Source of the DNA: an uncultured SAR86 cluster bacterium
GTDB lineage: Bacteria; Pseudomonadota; Gammaproteobacteria; Magnimaribacterales; AG-339-G14
Direction of reading: 5' to 3'
Assembly (NCBI GenBank): GCA_902542145.1
Contig: CACBTL010000005.1
Coordinates: forward strand, 5,735-69,734
DNA: 64,000 nucleotides
In this document: piece by piece, positions 1 to 9,507 of the stretch
How the letters are laid out: the number at the start of each line of letters is the position of its first letter
Position numbering within the stretch: position 1 is the stretch's first letter
Notes under the pieces: generated by a model
What the model was told of the DNA's origin: nothing
The model's input: the letters and a program-made list of their open reading frames with translations, nothing else
The model's database searches: none
Program-made: the position numbers and the translations under genes

Positions 1-291
1 TTGGAAGATACCGGCGCTCTAAGAAAGATAATTTATAAATTAGATAACGGAGAGTTGATTAGAGAATCCTACAGATACATGGATAACGAGGATCCTTTTC
101 AAAGTGAAATCCTTCTTGATGATGTGGATTATGTGGATCTTGAAATATTTTTTGAAAATGTCTCTTATGAAGCTTGGCCTATATCAGAAGAAATATTTTT
201 TGATAGCAGTCTTCCAGAGGCAGTTGAAGTCAAAATAGGATTTTATGACCTTTCAATATTCAATAAGATTTTATTGGTGAATTATGGGTAA
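1..291 (+). CDS. gspJ: Type II secretion minor pseudopilin GspJ, C-terminal part (5' end outside window)
   Basis: YKLDNGELIR and WP...LPEAVEV motifs typical of the GspJ C-terminus; lies directly upstream of gspK. Confidence 0.75.
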   Translation: MEDTGALRKIIYKLDNGELIRESYRYMDNEDPFQSEILLDDVDYVDLEIFFENVSYEAWPISEEIFFDSSLPEAVEVKIGFYDLSIFNKILLVNYG

Positions 292-1267
292 GAGAGAAAG
301 TCTGCCTGGAATAGCGCTCATATTATCCTTATTTATTATAACGATAGTTTCTTCAATCGGTGTAATGATGAGTAATGAGACACAGCAAAAGGTTAAGTTT
401 CATATTTATGAAAATTTTTTCTCTCAAGCATATCTTGATCTTTTAAGTCTCGAAGTAATTGGAAAAGAATATTTAAAACCGGAACAAAATAGACTTCAAA
501 TTGCTTTAGCCAGCTCATCAGAGTCCATTGAAAACTCATTAAGTTTTGAAACTGAAAACGGTCGAGTTTTTGGAAATTTTTATGATAGGAATAATTGCTT
601 TAATGTTAATTCTTTAGTTTCAAAAATCAATAATTCTCAAGATAGAGTTAGTAGGATAAATTCGCAGTTATTGAAAAATCTTGGAATGAGTCTAGAAATT
701 CCTGAATATGACATGGATATAATTGTGTCCTCTTTAATTGATTGGATTGATACCAATTCCACTCCACAGGATACTCTTGGCGCGGAAGATGTTAACTACA
801 CAGCTAAAAAGAATCCTTATCTTCCAACCAATCAATTAATTGCTGACTTGCCTGAAATTAGAAACATTAATGGGATGAATGATGAGATTTACAAACAACT
901 AAAACCTTATCTATGTGTTCATCCTTCGAGGGAATTAAATATCAATATAAATGCTTTGTCTCCAAAATATCCTCATCTAATAATTGCCATTACTGAAAAT
1001 CAATTAGATTTTTATTCGGCTCAAAATGTGCTGTTATCAAAACCTTTTGGAGGCTACAAATCAACTAAGGAATTCTTTGATATGCCAGAATTTGATGGAT
1101 TGGCTTTATCAGGGTCTATTAGAGAGTCGTTATCAACTCAAAGTGATTATTATGAAATAGATGTAGAAATTACTAATGGATCGAACACTTATGATTTAAT
1201 TTCAAAAATCGAAATAACCTCAACAGGACCAAAAGTTTACATGCGAAAGATTGGAAAATATCTATGA
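284..1267 (+). CDS. gspK: Type II secretion minor pseudopilin GspK
   Basis: Prepilin-like N-terminus GIALILSL; CFNVNSL, SLIDWID, GAED..Y, LKPYLCV and ININ motifs. Confidence 0.9.
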   Translation: MGKRESLPGIALILSLFIITIVSSIGVMMSNETQQKVKFHIYENFFSQAYLDLLSLEVIGKEYLKPEQNRLQIALASSSESIENSLSFETENGRVFGNFYDRNNCFNVNSLVSKINNSQDRVSRINSQLLKNLGMSLEIPEYDMDIIVSSLIDWIDTNSTPQDTLGAEDVNYTAKKNPYLPTNQLIADLPEIRNINGMNDEIYKQLKPYLCVHPSRELNININALSPKYPHLIIAITENQLDFYSAQNVLLSKPFGGYKSTKEFFDMPEFDGLALSGSIRESLSTQSDYYEIDVEITNGSNTYDLISKIEITSTGPKVYMRKIGKYL

Positions 1268-2385
1268 TACAAAAAGTAATAGAGCTTATTGAGCAAGATA
1301 AAAGTCATTATTTTCTTCAAGATAATGACACTTTTAAATCAGTAAAATTTGATTTCGAAAGTCACAAAGTATCAGGGAGAATATTGCTGACTAACGAGTT
1401 CCATAATATTGATCTTAATCTCCCCGATGTATCAGATGCACAGCTTAAGAAAGCTATTCCTTTCATGATAAAAGATGAGCTTCTTGAAGGTGATTCTGAA
1501 GATGAATGGATACAATCAAAAGACTCAAAAGAGATTCTCGCTGCATCAAGTGAATATCTTAATTCAGTTAGAGATTTAGCTTTTCAGGAAAATCTAGATT
1601 TTTTGACACCATTTCACGCTTATGATTCCGAAGTAAATACTTTAATTTTCTTTGAAAATTTTGTTTACGTTCACTCTAAGAGAAACAAAATAAGATTGAT
1701 GATGTCTTTGGCAACCTTCAAATTAAGTAAAGAAAATATTATTAATCAATTTAAAGCTGATCCACTCGAGGTCTTTAGCGTCGAAGAAATATCCCTCGAT
1801 AAGGATTTAAAAATCCAATCAAAAGTCTTTGATTCTTATGAGGATCTTATGATCCATTCTTTCAAATCAATAGACTTTTCATATTTCAACCTCATGCAGG
1901 GAAGGTATGAAAAACGTCTAGATATAGATAAGTTATTCAAGCAAAGCAAAAAACCTTTAATTGCTTTAGCTTCAATTTATTTATTTTTTATTAGTTTGAG
2001 CTTGATTGAAATTATTTCCTATTCTTTTCAAATTGATAATTCGTTAGAAAAGTCAAAGCAAGTTTTCAACCAAAAATTCCCAAGTCTGAATTACGAGACC
2101 GATTTCAATGAAATTAAATACCGTTTGATGAGACAGAATGACGATCAAGATCAATTAAAATTAATATCTACAGTCAGTAATGCTGTAACTTCTCTAAATT
2201 CAACTAATTTAAATTCACTTGTATTGTCACAACAAAGAACTGCTTTCGAAGTTGAGGCAAATTCATTTGCCGATTTAGAAAGAATAATAGCTAAATTGGA
2301 AGGAGAGGGGATTTACGCTCAAATAGGCACATCTAATAGAAGTAATAATTTCATTATAGGAGAAATCATAATTGAAAGTTTTTAG
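1264..2385 (+). CDS. gspL: Type II secretion protein GspL
   Basis: LP...QLKKAIPFMIKDEL and FNLMQGRY motifs followed by one TM helix; operon position. Confidence 0.8.
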   Translation: MIQKVIELIEQDKSHYFLQDNDTFKSVKFDFESHKVSGRILLTNEFHNIDLNLPDVSDAQLKKAIPFMIKDELLEGDSEDEWIQSKDSKEILAASSEYLNSVRDLAFQENLDFLTPFHAYDSEVNTLIFFENFVYVHSKRNKIRLMMSLATFKLSKENIINQFKADPLEVFSVEEISLDKDLKIQSKVFDSYEDLMIHSFKSIDFSYFNLMQGRYEKRLDIDKLFKQSKKPLIALASIYLFFISLSLIEIISYSFQIDNSLEKSKQVFNQKFPSLNYETDFNEIKYRLMRQNDDQDQLKLISTVSNAVTSLNSTNLNSLVLSQQRTAFEVEANSFADLERIIAKLEGEGIYAQIGTSNRSNNFIIGEIIIESF

Positions 2386-2818
2386 TTATCTAAATTCCTT
2401 AACTCGACAACAACAAATAATATTTATTTTGACGTTGTCTTTACTTGCTCTAGTCGTTCTTAGTTTCTTTTTGAATTTTATTCAAAAGACAGCAAATAAT
2501 CTTGAAATCGAAAGAAATAAAATACTCACAGAAGAAAGATTAATAAATAAAATTAATTTTTTCCCAGGGTTTGTCAATCAAGATAATGTTTCTATATCCT
2601 CCTTAATAACCAATACTTCTGGCGATTTTAAAATTACCATCGATAGAACTCAGGTCATAGACGAAGAGTCAATTATTGTCTGGATAAATGATGCAGATTT
2701 TATGAGACTTTATGACTGGCTTTTCTCTATTCAAGATCGAGTTTCTTTAGATAAAACCAGTCTCACTAAGTCTTCAGGCGGGAGAGTGTCTGCTCAATTA
2801 AATCTATCTAAAATCTAA
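2372..2818 (+). CDS. gspM: Type II secretion protein GspM
   Basis: SLTRQQ + N-terminal TM, VWINDADF..LYDWL; position after gspL; TTG start. Confidence 0.75.
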   Translation: MKVFSYLNSLTRQQQIIFILTLSLLALVVLSFFLNFIQKTANNLEIERNKILTEERLINKINFFPGFVNQDNVSISSLITNTSGDFKITIDRTQVIDEESIIVWINDADFMRLYDWLFSIQDRVSLDKTSLTKSSGGRVSAQLNLSKI

Positions 2819-3531
2819 TGAGTCTTCGATATTTTTACATCTCGGTAGTTTCTCTCTTCTTTGTACTTCTTTTTTCATTTTTACCCTTAAGGATTGCTTA
2901 TTCCACTGTTGATGATCTTTTTCCAGAAATCTCTTACAGAGACATCAAAGGAACAATTTGGAGCGGATCATTTGAGGAAGTTTTTTATGGCGATACTCTG
3001 ATTGGGAACCTTAATACCTCTATTGGTTTTAATAAACTTCACATAAAAATTGATCGCGGGAGGCTTGATCTAACTGGAGATATTTCAATAGCAGAGCTAA
3101 TCATGAATGAAGTAATTAGTCTTAGCTCCATAAAATTTATATTTGATAGTGACAAGTTTGGCTCAAAATTGCCCATGAAAATCCTTCTTTCATCGGATAA
3201 CTTATCGTTAGGTTTTGATAAAGATAGATGCATTTTTTCTTCAGGAAGAATTAACGCGCTAGTCAATGATCTTGAATTATTTGGTGAAGTTTACGAAACT
3301 TCGGTTGAAGCAAATATAAATTGCGAAAATAAAAAACTAATTGCTAATTTTATAACTTTTCCAAATGCTGATCTCTTATCAGGCAATATAATTATAGATA
3401 ATGAATTAAATTACGAAATATTTGGCTCCTCTAGAATGTTGGAAAAAGTATTAGAACAATCTCTTACCGCAGGAGTTAATGTCAATCCGTCCATAGAGTT
3501 TCAAGGAAATATTCATTCCTTACTTAGATAA
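2818..3531 (+). CDS. gspN: Type II secretion protein GspN
   Basis: N-terminal TM-LP, GTIWSG motif, Cys pair; operon position. Confidence 0.75.
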   Translation: MSLRYFYISVVSLFFVLLFSFLPLRIAYSTVDDLFPEISYRDIKGTIWSGSFEEVFYGDTLIGNLNTSIGFNKLHIKIDRGRLDLTGDISIAELIMNEVISLSSIKFIFDSDKFGSKLPMKILLSSDNLSLGFDKDRCIFSSGRINALVNDLELFGEVYETSVEANINCENKKLIANFITFPNADLLSGNIIIDNELNYEIFGSSRMLEKVLEQSLTAGVNVNPSIEFQGNIHSLLR

Positions 3532-3542
3532 CTAATATTCCG

Positions 3543-3548
3543 TATAAT
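3543..3548 (+). promoter_or_regulatory. Sigma70 -10 box (TATAAT) 6 nt before ATG 3555; probable leaderless promoter
   Basis: Exact TATAAT; no SD-like sequence between it and the ATG. Confidence 0.5.
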
Positions 3549-3554
3549 CGCGCC

Positions 3555-4436
3555 ATGCTAATTGGAAAAAATCCTCTGGGTCTAGCACCAGAATGGTTCA
3601 CAAATAATATTGAATATCCTTCAGAACAATTATCGATAGATTCATCTGGGGTAAAAATAAATGTAAGGACTTGGGGTTCAAGTGAAAAAAAATGCCTTCT
3701 GTTTTTACATGGCTTTAATGCGCATACGCATTGGTGGGATCATGTCATTCCAGAATTTGCAAATGATTATTTTGTCGTTGCTATGGATTTTAGCGGTATG
3801 GGAGATAGTCAGCACAGAGAAGCTTACTCGCAAGAAACATACGCTGATGAAGTAAAAGACGTTATAGAAGGTTTAAAACTAGATAAACCGATCATAGTTG
3901 CTCACAGTATGGGAGGTCATGTTTCCATGATCTTTGGCAATAAATATAAAGACCTCTGTGATGAAATAATCCTTGTAGATTCAACCATTGTTCTTCCACC
4001 TGAAAAAGCAAAAGAAATGTCATCTCGTCGGCCAACTGTTAGATTAGGAGTGGCATCTCCTACTAAGGAGGATGCAATTGAAAGATTTAGGCTCATGCCT
4101 CCTCAACCTTGTGAGCTGGATTTTGTCTTGAAATATGTTGCCGAAACTTCCTATAGAGAAACTGAGGAAGGGTGGAAATTGAAATCAGACCCGACAATCA
4201 TGAAAACTTATTCGTATTTAGATCAACATGAGAATTTAACCAACCTTAGCTGCAAACTTTCTCTTATCTACGGTCAGCTTAGTCAACTGATGACCCAAGA
4301 AACTTTAGATTATTTCAAGTACGTAAGTGGTTTATCTGATGATCGGTTACATATGATTCCTGGTGCGATGCATCATTTATTTTTAGATAAACCTAAAGAA
4401 TTTGTCGATTCATTGAAACAAGTCCTAGCATCATGA
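3555..4436 (+). CDS. Alpha/beta-fold hydrolase
   Basis: LHG oxyanion motif, DFSGMGDS, nucleophile AHSMGG, C-terminal GAMHH. Confidence 0.9.
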   Translation: MLIGKNPLGLAPEWFTNNIEYPSEQLSIDSSGVKINVRTWGSSEKKCLLFLHGFNAHTHWWDHVIPEFANDYFVVAMDFSGMGDSQHREAYSQETYADEVKDVIEGLKLDKPIIVAHSMGGHVSMIFGNKYKDLCDEIILVDSTIVLPPEKAKEMSSRRPTVRLGVASPTKEDAIERFRLMPPQPCELDFVLKYVAETSYRETEEGWKLKSDPTIMKTYSYLDQHENLTNLSCKLSLIYGQLSQLMTQETLDYFKYVSGLSDDRLHMIPGAMHHLFLDKPKEFVDSLKQVLAS

Positions 4437-5635
4437 TAGATGGTTATTGTCACCCAGATTTTAAAGAGTTAGAGAATCATTTTCGTTCTTTAATAGATTC
4501 TGGTTATGAAACTGGCGCGTCATTTGCTGTGGAAAAAGATGGTGAAATGATAGTGGATTTATGGGGTGGATTTAAGGATAAGGAAAAAACTATACCTTGG
4601 GAGAAAGACACTATTTGCAATGTTTTCTCTGTCACAAAAGGAATTATTGTCCCTTGTATGATGCATTTAGTTGAACAAGGAAAAATTTCATTGGATGACA
4701 AAGTAAGTAAATATTGGCCAGAATACGGAACTAACGGTAAAGAAAATACCTTGATCAAACATTTTTTAACGCACAGAGCGGGAATGTTTGGTTTTAGAGA
4801 AAGACTTAAAAATCCAAGATGGCAGGATTGGTCTTCTTTTATCAAAGCTCTTGAAACTCAAGAACCATTTCATGAGCCTGGTACAAGCCAAGGTTACCAT
4901 GCATTGACTTATGGTTTTCTAAACGGTGAACTCTTTAGAAGAATTACAGGTCAAACTATAGGATCCTATTTTAAGGAAAATATTGCTGATCCATTCAAGC
5001 TAAATTTTAAGATTGGTTTAGACGAAGACGATTTACCAAATTGTGCAGATACAATTTCTATTTCTGATGCTATGGGACCTTCACAAGGATTTCAGATATT
5101 TATATCTTTGATCCCGGAGTTATTTCTTCCTCAACCACTGAAAAACATAAAGAGATGGTATAGAAAGGGAGATTTTAAGGTTGCATTTGATAGCACTGCA
5201 GCTAATGACGATCAGAATTATATGAATTCGACAGATTGGAGGATGGCAGAAATTCCAGCTGGAAACGGCCACGGTAATTCAAATGCTTTAGCAAAGTTTT
5301 ATGGCATCTTATCTAACGGGGGATCAAGAGATGGCGAGACAATCATGTCAAAGGAATCGATCGATCAAGCTTTAACTCCTCATACTTCTGGGCCGGATAC
5401 AGTTCTTTTTTTTGGAGATATTAAATTTGGACTAGGATATTTGCTCAATACACCGCTTTCTCCGATCGGAAGATCTGATAGTGCTTTTGGCCATGCAGGC
5501 ATCGGTGGAGCCTGCGCTTACGGTGATACAAATAAAAAAATTGGTTTTTCTTATATCAATAACAAAATTCATAAGGGCTTGAAGCTTTACCAATCCTCTA
5601 ACGAATTATCCGATATTCTCTATAAATTAATTTAA
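4433..5635 (+). CDS. Serine hydrolase, beta-lactamase fold (family VIII esterase, EstA-like)
   Basis: FSVTK (SxxK), FLTHRAG, GYHALTYG, FGHAGIGG. Confidence 0.88.
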   Translation: MIDGYCHPDFKELENHFRSLIDSGYETGASFAVEKDGEMIVDLWGGFKDKEKTIPWEKDTICNVFSVTKGIIVPCMMHLVEQGKISLDDKVSKYWPEYGTNGKENTLIKHFLTHRAGMFGFRERLKNPRWQDWSSFIKALETQEPFHEPGTSQGYHALTYGFLNGELFRRITGQTIGSYFKENIADPFKLNFKIGLDEDDLPNCADTISISDAMGPSQGFQIFISLIPELFLPQPLKNIKRWYRKGDFKVAFDSTAANDDQNYMNSTDWRMAEIPAGNGHGNSNALAKFYGILSNGGSRDGETIMSKESIDQALTPHTSGPDTVLFFGDIKFGLGYLLNTPLSPIGRSDSAFGHAGIGGACAYGDTNKKIGFSYINNKIHKGLKLYQSSNELSDILYKLI

Positions 5636-5641
5636 AAGAAA

Positions 5642-6406
5642 ATGATTCTGGATCCATTGTTTTATGTGGTAGCAATCATTTCTGTTTTCCTTCATGGAAT
5701 GGGAAAAGGAGGATTCATTGGAGCAGGATCCTTTGGTTCCCTCTTGGCAATTCCCGTTATGTCTTTTTTTGTTCCACCTTTTCAGGCTGTAGCAATTCTT
5801 CTTATACCTTTGATTTTTATGGATTGCGTTACAGTTTGGAGATACAGGCATAAATGGAACATTGAAATTATCAAATTTATAATTCCTCTTGCTTTTGTCG
5901 GAGTATTAATTGGGACTTTTACATTTAGCTATATGACCAATGACCATATAAGAATCATCATTGGACTAATGGCTATTATTTTCTGTTTGGATTATTACTT
6001 TCGTAAAGATTCAGATAAACCTAAGAAGCCATCTAAATTTGCCTCATACTTTTGGCCAAGTCTTTCAGGTTTTACTAGTTTTTCAATTCATGCTGGCGGA
6101 TTGCCATTAAGTTTTTATCTTCTTCCGATGAGGCTAGATAGAACTATGTACGTTGCAACCGCCGGTCTTTTTTATTTATTGATAAATTTATTTAAAATTT
6201 TTCCCTATGCTTATTTAGGCGAAATGAATTTTGAAAATATATATACTTCTCTCTTATTACTTCCTTTAGCTCCTCTTGGTGTTTATTTTGGAGCTTATCT
6301 TGTTGATAAAATAGGGCAAGATTGGTTTTATAAAATTGGATACTTTTGTACTTTGCTCGCAGGTTGCAAGCTATTTTATGATGGATCCATAAAGCTTTTT
6401 TTATGA
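5642..6406 (+). CDS. Sulfite exporter TauE/SafE family membrane protein
   Basis: About 8 TM helices; GMGKGG and GFTSF..HAGG repeats. Confidence 0.82.
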   Translation: MILDPLFYVVAIISVFLHGMGKGGFIGAGSFGSLLAIPVMSFFVPPFQAVAILLIPLIFMDCVTVWRYRHKWNIEIIKFIIPLAFVGVLIGTFTFSYMTNDHIRIIIGLMAIIFCLDYYFRKDSDKPKKPSKFASYFWPSLSGFTSFSIHAGGLPLSFYLLPMRLDRTMYVATAGLFYLLINLFKIFPYAYLGEMNFENIYTSLLLLPLAPLGVYFGAYLVDKIGQDWFYKIGYFCTLLAGCKLFYDGSIKLFL

Positions 6407-7134
6407 CAAATTTAAGTATCAATATAAATAAGATAGCTTGGTTAAGGAATGCAAGAGATGGAGATATTCCAAACTTGGTGGATACGACTATGAATATTAT
6501 AGATTCGGGTTGTCATGGAATAACAGTTCATCCAAGACCAGATTTAAGACACATAACGCCAAAAGACGTCGCAGAAATAAAAAAGATCATACCAAGCAAT
6601 ATAGAATTTAATATTGAAGGAAATCCATTTGAACAGCCAAACAATGAATATCCCGGTTATATGGAACTGATTAACTTCTATCAGCCTGATCAGGCAACTT
6701 TAGTTCCAGACGATACGATGCAAAAAACATCTGATCATGGGTTTGATTTGAGTAAACCAAATCTGGAATTAGAAAAAATAATTAAAACATTAAAATCTTT
6801 CAATATAAGATCAAGCATTTTTATCGATCCGGATATTGAACAGCTAAAACGTGCTAAAGATTTAGGAGTGGATAGGGTCGAACTCTACACAGGACCTTAC
6901 GCAGCTCTCTACAATAGCCAATCAACAAAAGATACTTATCGTTCTGTTATTGAATTTGCTAATGAGATAAATTTGGATCTCAATGCCGGTCATGATTTAA
7001 ATCTCAAGAATCTTCCTTTTCTTATGGATTGTGGTGAGATAAAAGAAGTATCTATTGGACAGGCATATGTATCTGATTGTTTGATCTATGGAATCAAAGA
7101 AACCACTAAGAAATATCTTGAAGTGTTAAAATAA
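6403..7134 (+). CDS. pdxJ: Pyridoxine 5'-phosphate synthase
   Basis: NINKIAWLRNAR, GITVHPRPDLRHI, TSDHG, ELYTGPYA, NAGHDL. Confidence 0.96.
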   Translation: MTNLSININKIAWLRNARDGDIPNLVDTTMNIIDSGCHGITVHPRPDLRHITPKDVAEIKKIIPSNIEFNIEGNPFEQPNNEYPGYMELINFYQPDQATLVPDDTMQKTSDHGFDLSKPNLELEKIIKTLKSFNIRSSIFIDPDIEQLKRAKDLGVDRVELYTGPYAALYNSQSTKDTYRSVIEFANEINLDLNAGHDLNLKNLPFLMDCGEIKEVSIGQAYVSDCLIYGIKETTKKYLEVLK

Positions 7135-7138
7135 AATT

Positions 7139-7453
7139 ATGGACATTATTGAAAAGATTAATAATCAAATTGCTGACAACAAGATTCTTTTATACATGAA
7201 AGGATCTCCTGATAAGCCTGAATGCGGTTTTTCTCAACGTGCATCTCAAATACTAATGGCATGTGGAAAGGAATTCTCTTTTGTAGATATTTTAAGTAAT
7301 CCAGAAATCAGACAGGAACTTCCTTCTGTTTCGGAATGGCCAACTTTTCCTCAATTATTTATCAACGGTGAACTAGTCGGTGGTAGTGACATCATGATGG
7401 AGATGTACCAAAACGGTGAACTCAAAGAATTGATAGATTCAGTAGAAATCTAA
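7139..7453 (+). CDS. grxD: Monothiol glutaredoxin Grx4
   Basis: MKG...CGFS, WPTFPQL, GG.DI. Confidence 0.96.
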   Translation: MDIIEKINNQIADNKILLYMKGSPDKPECGFSQRASQILMACGKEFSFVDILSNPEIRQELPSVSEWPTFPQLFINGELVGGSDIMMEMYQNGELKELIDSVEI

Positions 7454-7833
7454 ATTGGAAGAATCCAACTTAAGTTAGCTAATAAGGTAAACAAGGTTAA
7501 AACTACAGTTAGGGTATGCAATCTTCTAAAAGCTGAAGACCTGTCTTCATCTCGAGCTTTGTTAGTTGCTGGCACTACCAGGTAAGAAATAATCATTGAA
7601 ATCGCAGTAACTGCTGCGATAACGATCCCCTGGATGCTAAAAAATACTAATGAAACGATTAAAGCGCTAATACCTAAGATAAAAATTACCATAAAAAATC
7701 TAGGAAAGATTTTTCTTAAAAACTTTGAGGCATTTTCTGCATCAAGTGTAGTAAAAACTACTGGAGCAACAATAGCAGTTTGAAAAAGAATCATCCCTGA
7801 AATTACTCCAGAAAGAAGTTCTATAAAAATCAT
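7450..7833 (-). CDS. DUF4149-like (TMEM205-related) small membrane protein
   Basis: 4 TM; VAPVVFTTL, FLRKIFPRFF, P..NKARD...FRRLH. Confidence 0.75.
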   Translation of the reverse strand: MIFIELLSGVISGMILFQTAIVAPVVFTTLDAENASKFLRKIFPRFFMVIFILGISALIVSLVFFSIQGIVIAAVTAISMIISYLVVPATNKARDEDRSSAFRRLHTLTVVLTLFTLLANLSWILPI

Positions 7834-7836
7834 TTG

Positions 7837-8736
7837 CTAGTCAGTAATGGTTATAACAGCATCATTAGCCATACCAGAATGTATAAAACAGAAATAATAT
7901 AGCTGATCGGGAGCATCACTAGGTACGGTAATATAAATTGTATTGTTTGTTTTAGAAGTTTTCACACCTCTAATGAATTCCGGTTTAGTAGCATGTAAAC
8001 CATTTTTTTCTATTGAGAATCTTAGCGGATGAGAAGTATAAGAATCTGTTTGAACAAAAGCGTATGTCTTACCTCTTTCTAAGGTAAGGTCTTTAGCTAA
8101 GTCACCATCAATATAAAATTTATTTCCTGAATCTGTGCTCTGGACGGTTACCGTAAAAGATTGAGTAGTTTCAGGAACGGATTCTGTATCTTCTAAATTT
8201 ACTGAACCATTTGGAAGAAAAAGTCTCCAGTTTGCATCTTCACAACCTGCATTGTAGTCATATGCATCAGCAGAGCATTGATAACTAGGACGAAAATTTA
8301 TTCCTACAATATCGTTACTATTTGTTGTATTGGATAGCTTTGTAACTTGTGCGGTAACAGAATCAGATTTACTGATCTCGGTTCCAGAAAATCTTACCCT
8401 CGGCCAAGCATTACCTTCGTAGGTTGCAACTGAATCATCGTCATTACTGTATGCGTAAACAGATCTTTTTGAACTAGTTGCAGATCCCCCCATATTTGAC
8501 TCACTGTTAGCACCCATTATCTGAATTATTTCAAGACCATTTATAGTAGCTGTCGATGCTGCAAGAGTAGGTGATGAGGATTGACTGCTGCTTGAAGAGC
8601 TCGATCCATAGCTTGATGAACTCCCATAATCACCAGAAGAACCTGTACCAGTTTCTTCAGAGCTTCCATACATGGAGCTACCGCCTCCACCACAAGAATA
8701 GAGAACAAGAATTAGAATAGGTATAAAAATTTTCAT
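7837..8736 (-). CDS. Lipoprotein with Ser/Gly linker, Lipoprotein_15-like repeat domain and C-terminal cupredoxin-like domain
   Basis: Start moved to ATG 8736 (SD GGAG); lipobox LYSC; HPL...YYFCFIHSGM type-1 Cu ligand pattern. Confidence 0.65.
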   Translation of the reverse strand: MKIFIPILILVLYSCGGGGSSMYGSSEETGTGSSGDYGSSSSYGSSSSSSSQSSSPTLAASTATINGLEIIQIMGANSESNMGGSATSSKRSVYAYSNDDDSVATYEGNAWPRVRFSGTEISKSDSVTAQVTKLSNTTNSNDIVGINFRPSYQCSADAYDYNAGCEDANWRLFLPNGSVNLEDTESVPETTQSFTVTVQSTDSGNKFYIDGDLAKDLTLERGKTYAFVQTDSYTSHPLRFSIEKNGLHATKPEFIRGVKTSKTNNTIYITVPSDAPDQLYYFCFIHSGMANDAVITITD

Positions 8737-8866
8737 AACAACTCCGTAAAGTAAATCAGAATTGATCCTTCTTAGCATTAACGCAGCAATAGGGCCAAAT
8801 CACGTAAGCTCATTATAGCTAATTTTTATAATCAAAATCCAAAACTTAACTTTTAGAGATAAGCAA

Positions 8867-9307
8867 TTAACTAAAGTCTTTTAACATCTTGCGGAGTTCG
8901 AGTTGATGCTGTTCTTCTTGCCCGATTAAATCTCTTGTATATTCTTCAAGATAAATTGATTCACCCTCAACTTTAGTGAGAAGTTTTTTGTAGAGATTCA
9001 ATGCATGCATTTCATGCTCAAGACTTTCTTCTAAAATATCTTTTATTGAATGGTTATTTGTTTCAACGATATTAGCTATTTTCTGACTTGGATGACCATC
9101 TAAACCTGTTAATAATTCGCCAGCTTGTTGTGCATGTTGTAATGACTCGCTTGCTTGTTCTTTTAAAAAATCCACGATGGGCAGCCTATGAGGACCAGCA
9201 ACCATCAAAGAAGAATGCGTATATCGCACCACACCTGATAGTTCATATTCCATGATTTCATTTAATATTCCGCACACTACGCTTGTATCAAAGTTTTCAT
9301 TTTCCAT
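8867..9307 (-). CDS. Ferritin-like / bacterioferritin-family protein (heme-ligand Met apparently absent)
   Basis: Di-iron pattern E..(Y)..ExxH..E..ExxH (EYE, ESLQH, EHE, EEQH). Confidence 0.85.
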   Translation of the reverse strand: MENENFDTSVVCGILNEIMEYELSGVVRYTHSSLMVAGPHRLPIVDFLKEQASESLQHAQQAGELLTGLDGHPSQKIANIVETNNHSIKDILEESLEHEMHALNLYKKLLTKVEGESIYLEEYTRDLIGQEEQHQLELRKMLKDFS

Positions 9308-9377
9308 TTTTTACACCTCAAAAATTTTGGTAACTATAGCAGTTAATTCATTGAAAATTCTTGATGAGAAATAGATG

Positions 9378-9397
9378 GGAATTGATAATCATTTTTA
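9378..9397. promoter_or_regulatory. Fur-box-like site
   Basis: GGAATTGATAATCATTTTT matches 14/19 of GATAATGATAATCATTATC; upstream of a ferritin-family gene. Confidence 0.5.
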
Positions 9398-9507
9398 TTA
9401 AGTACTTAACATAACATTTAAGAAGAACTTTTGAATCTGGAATGTTTTTTTATATTGATTTACAAAGGCTAGATGTTTAAAGATATAATCCCCCAAAATT
9501 TTTTTAT

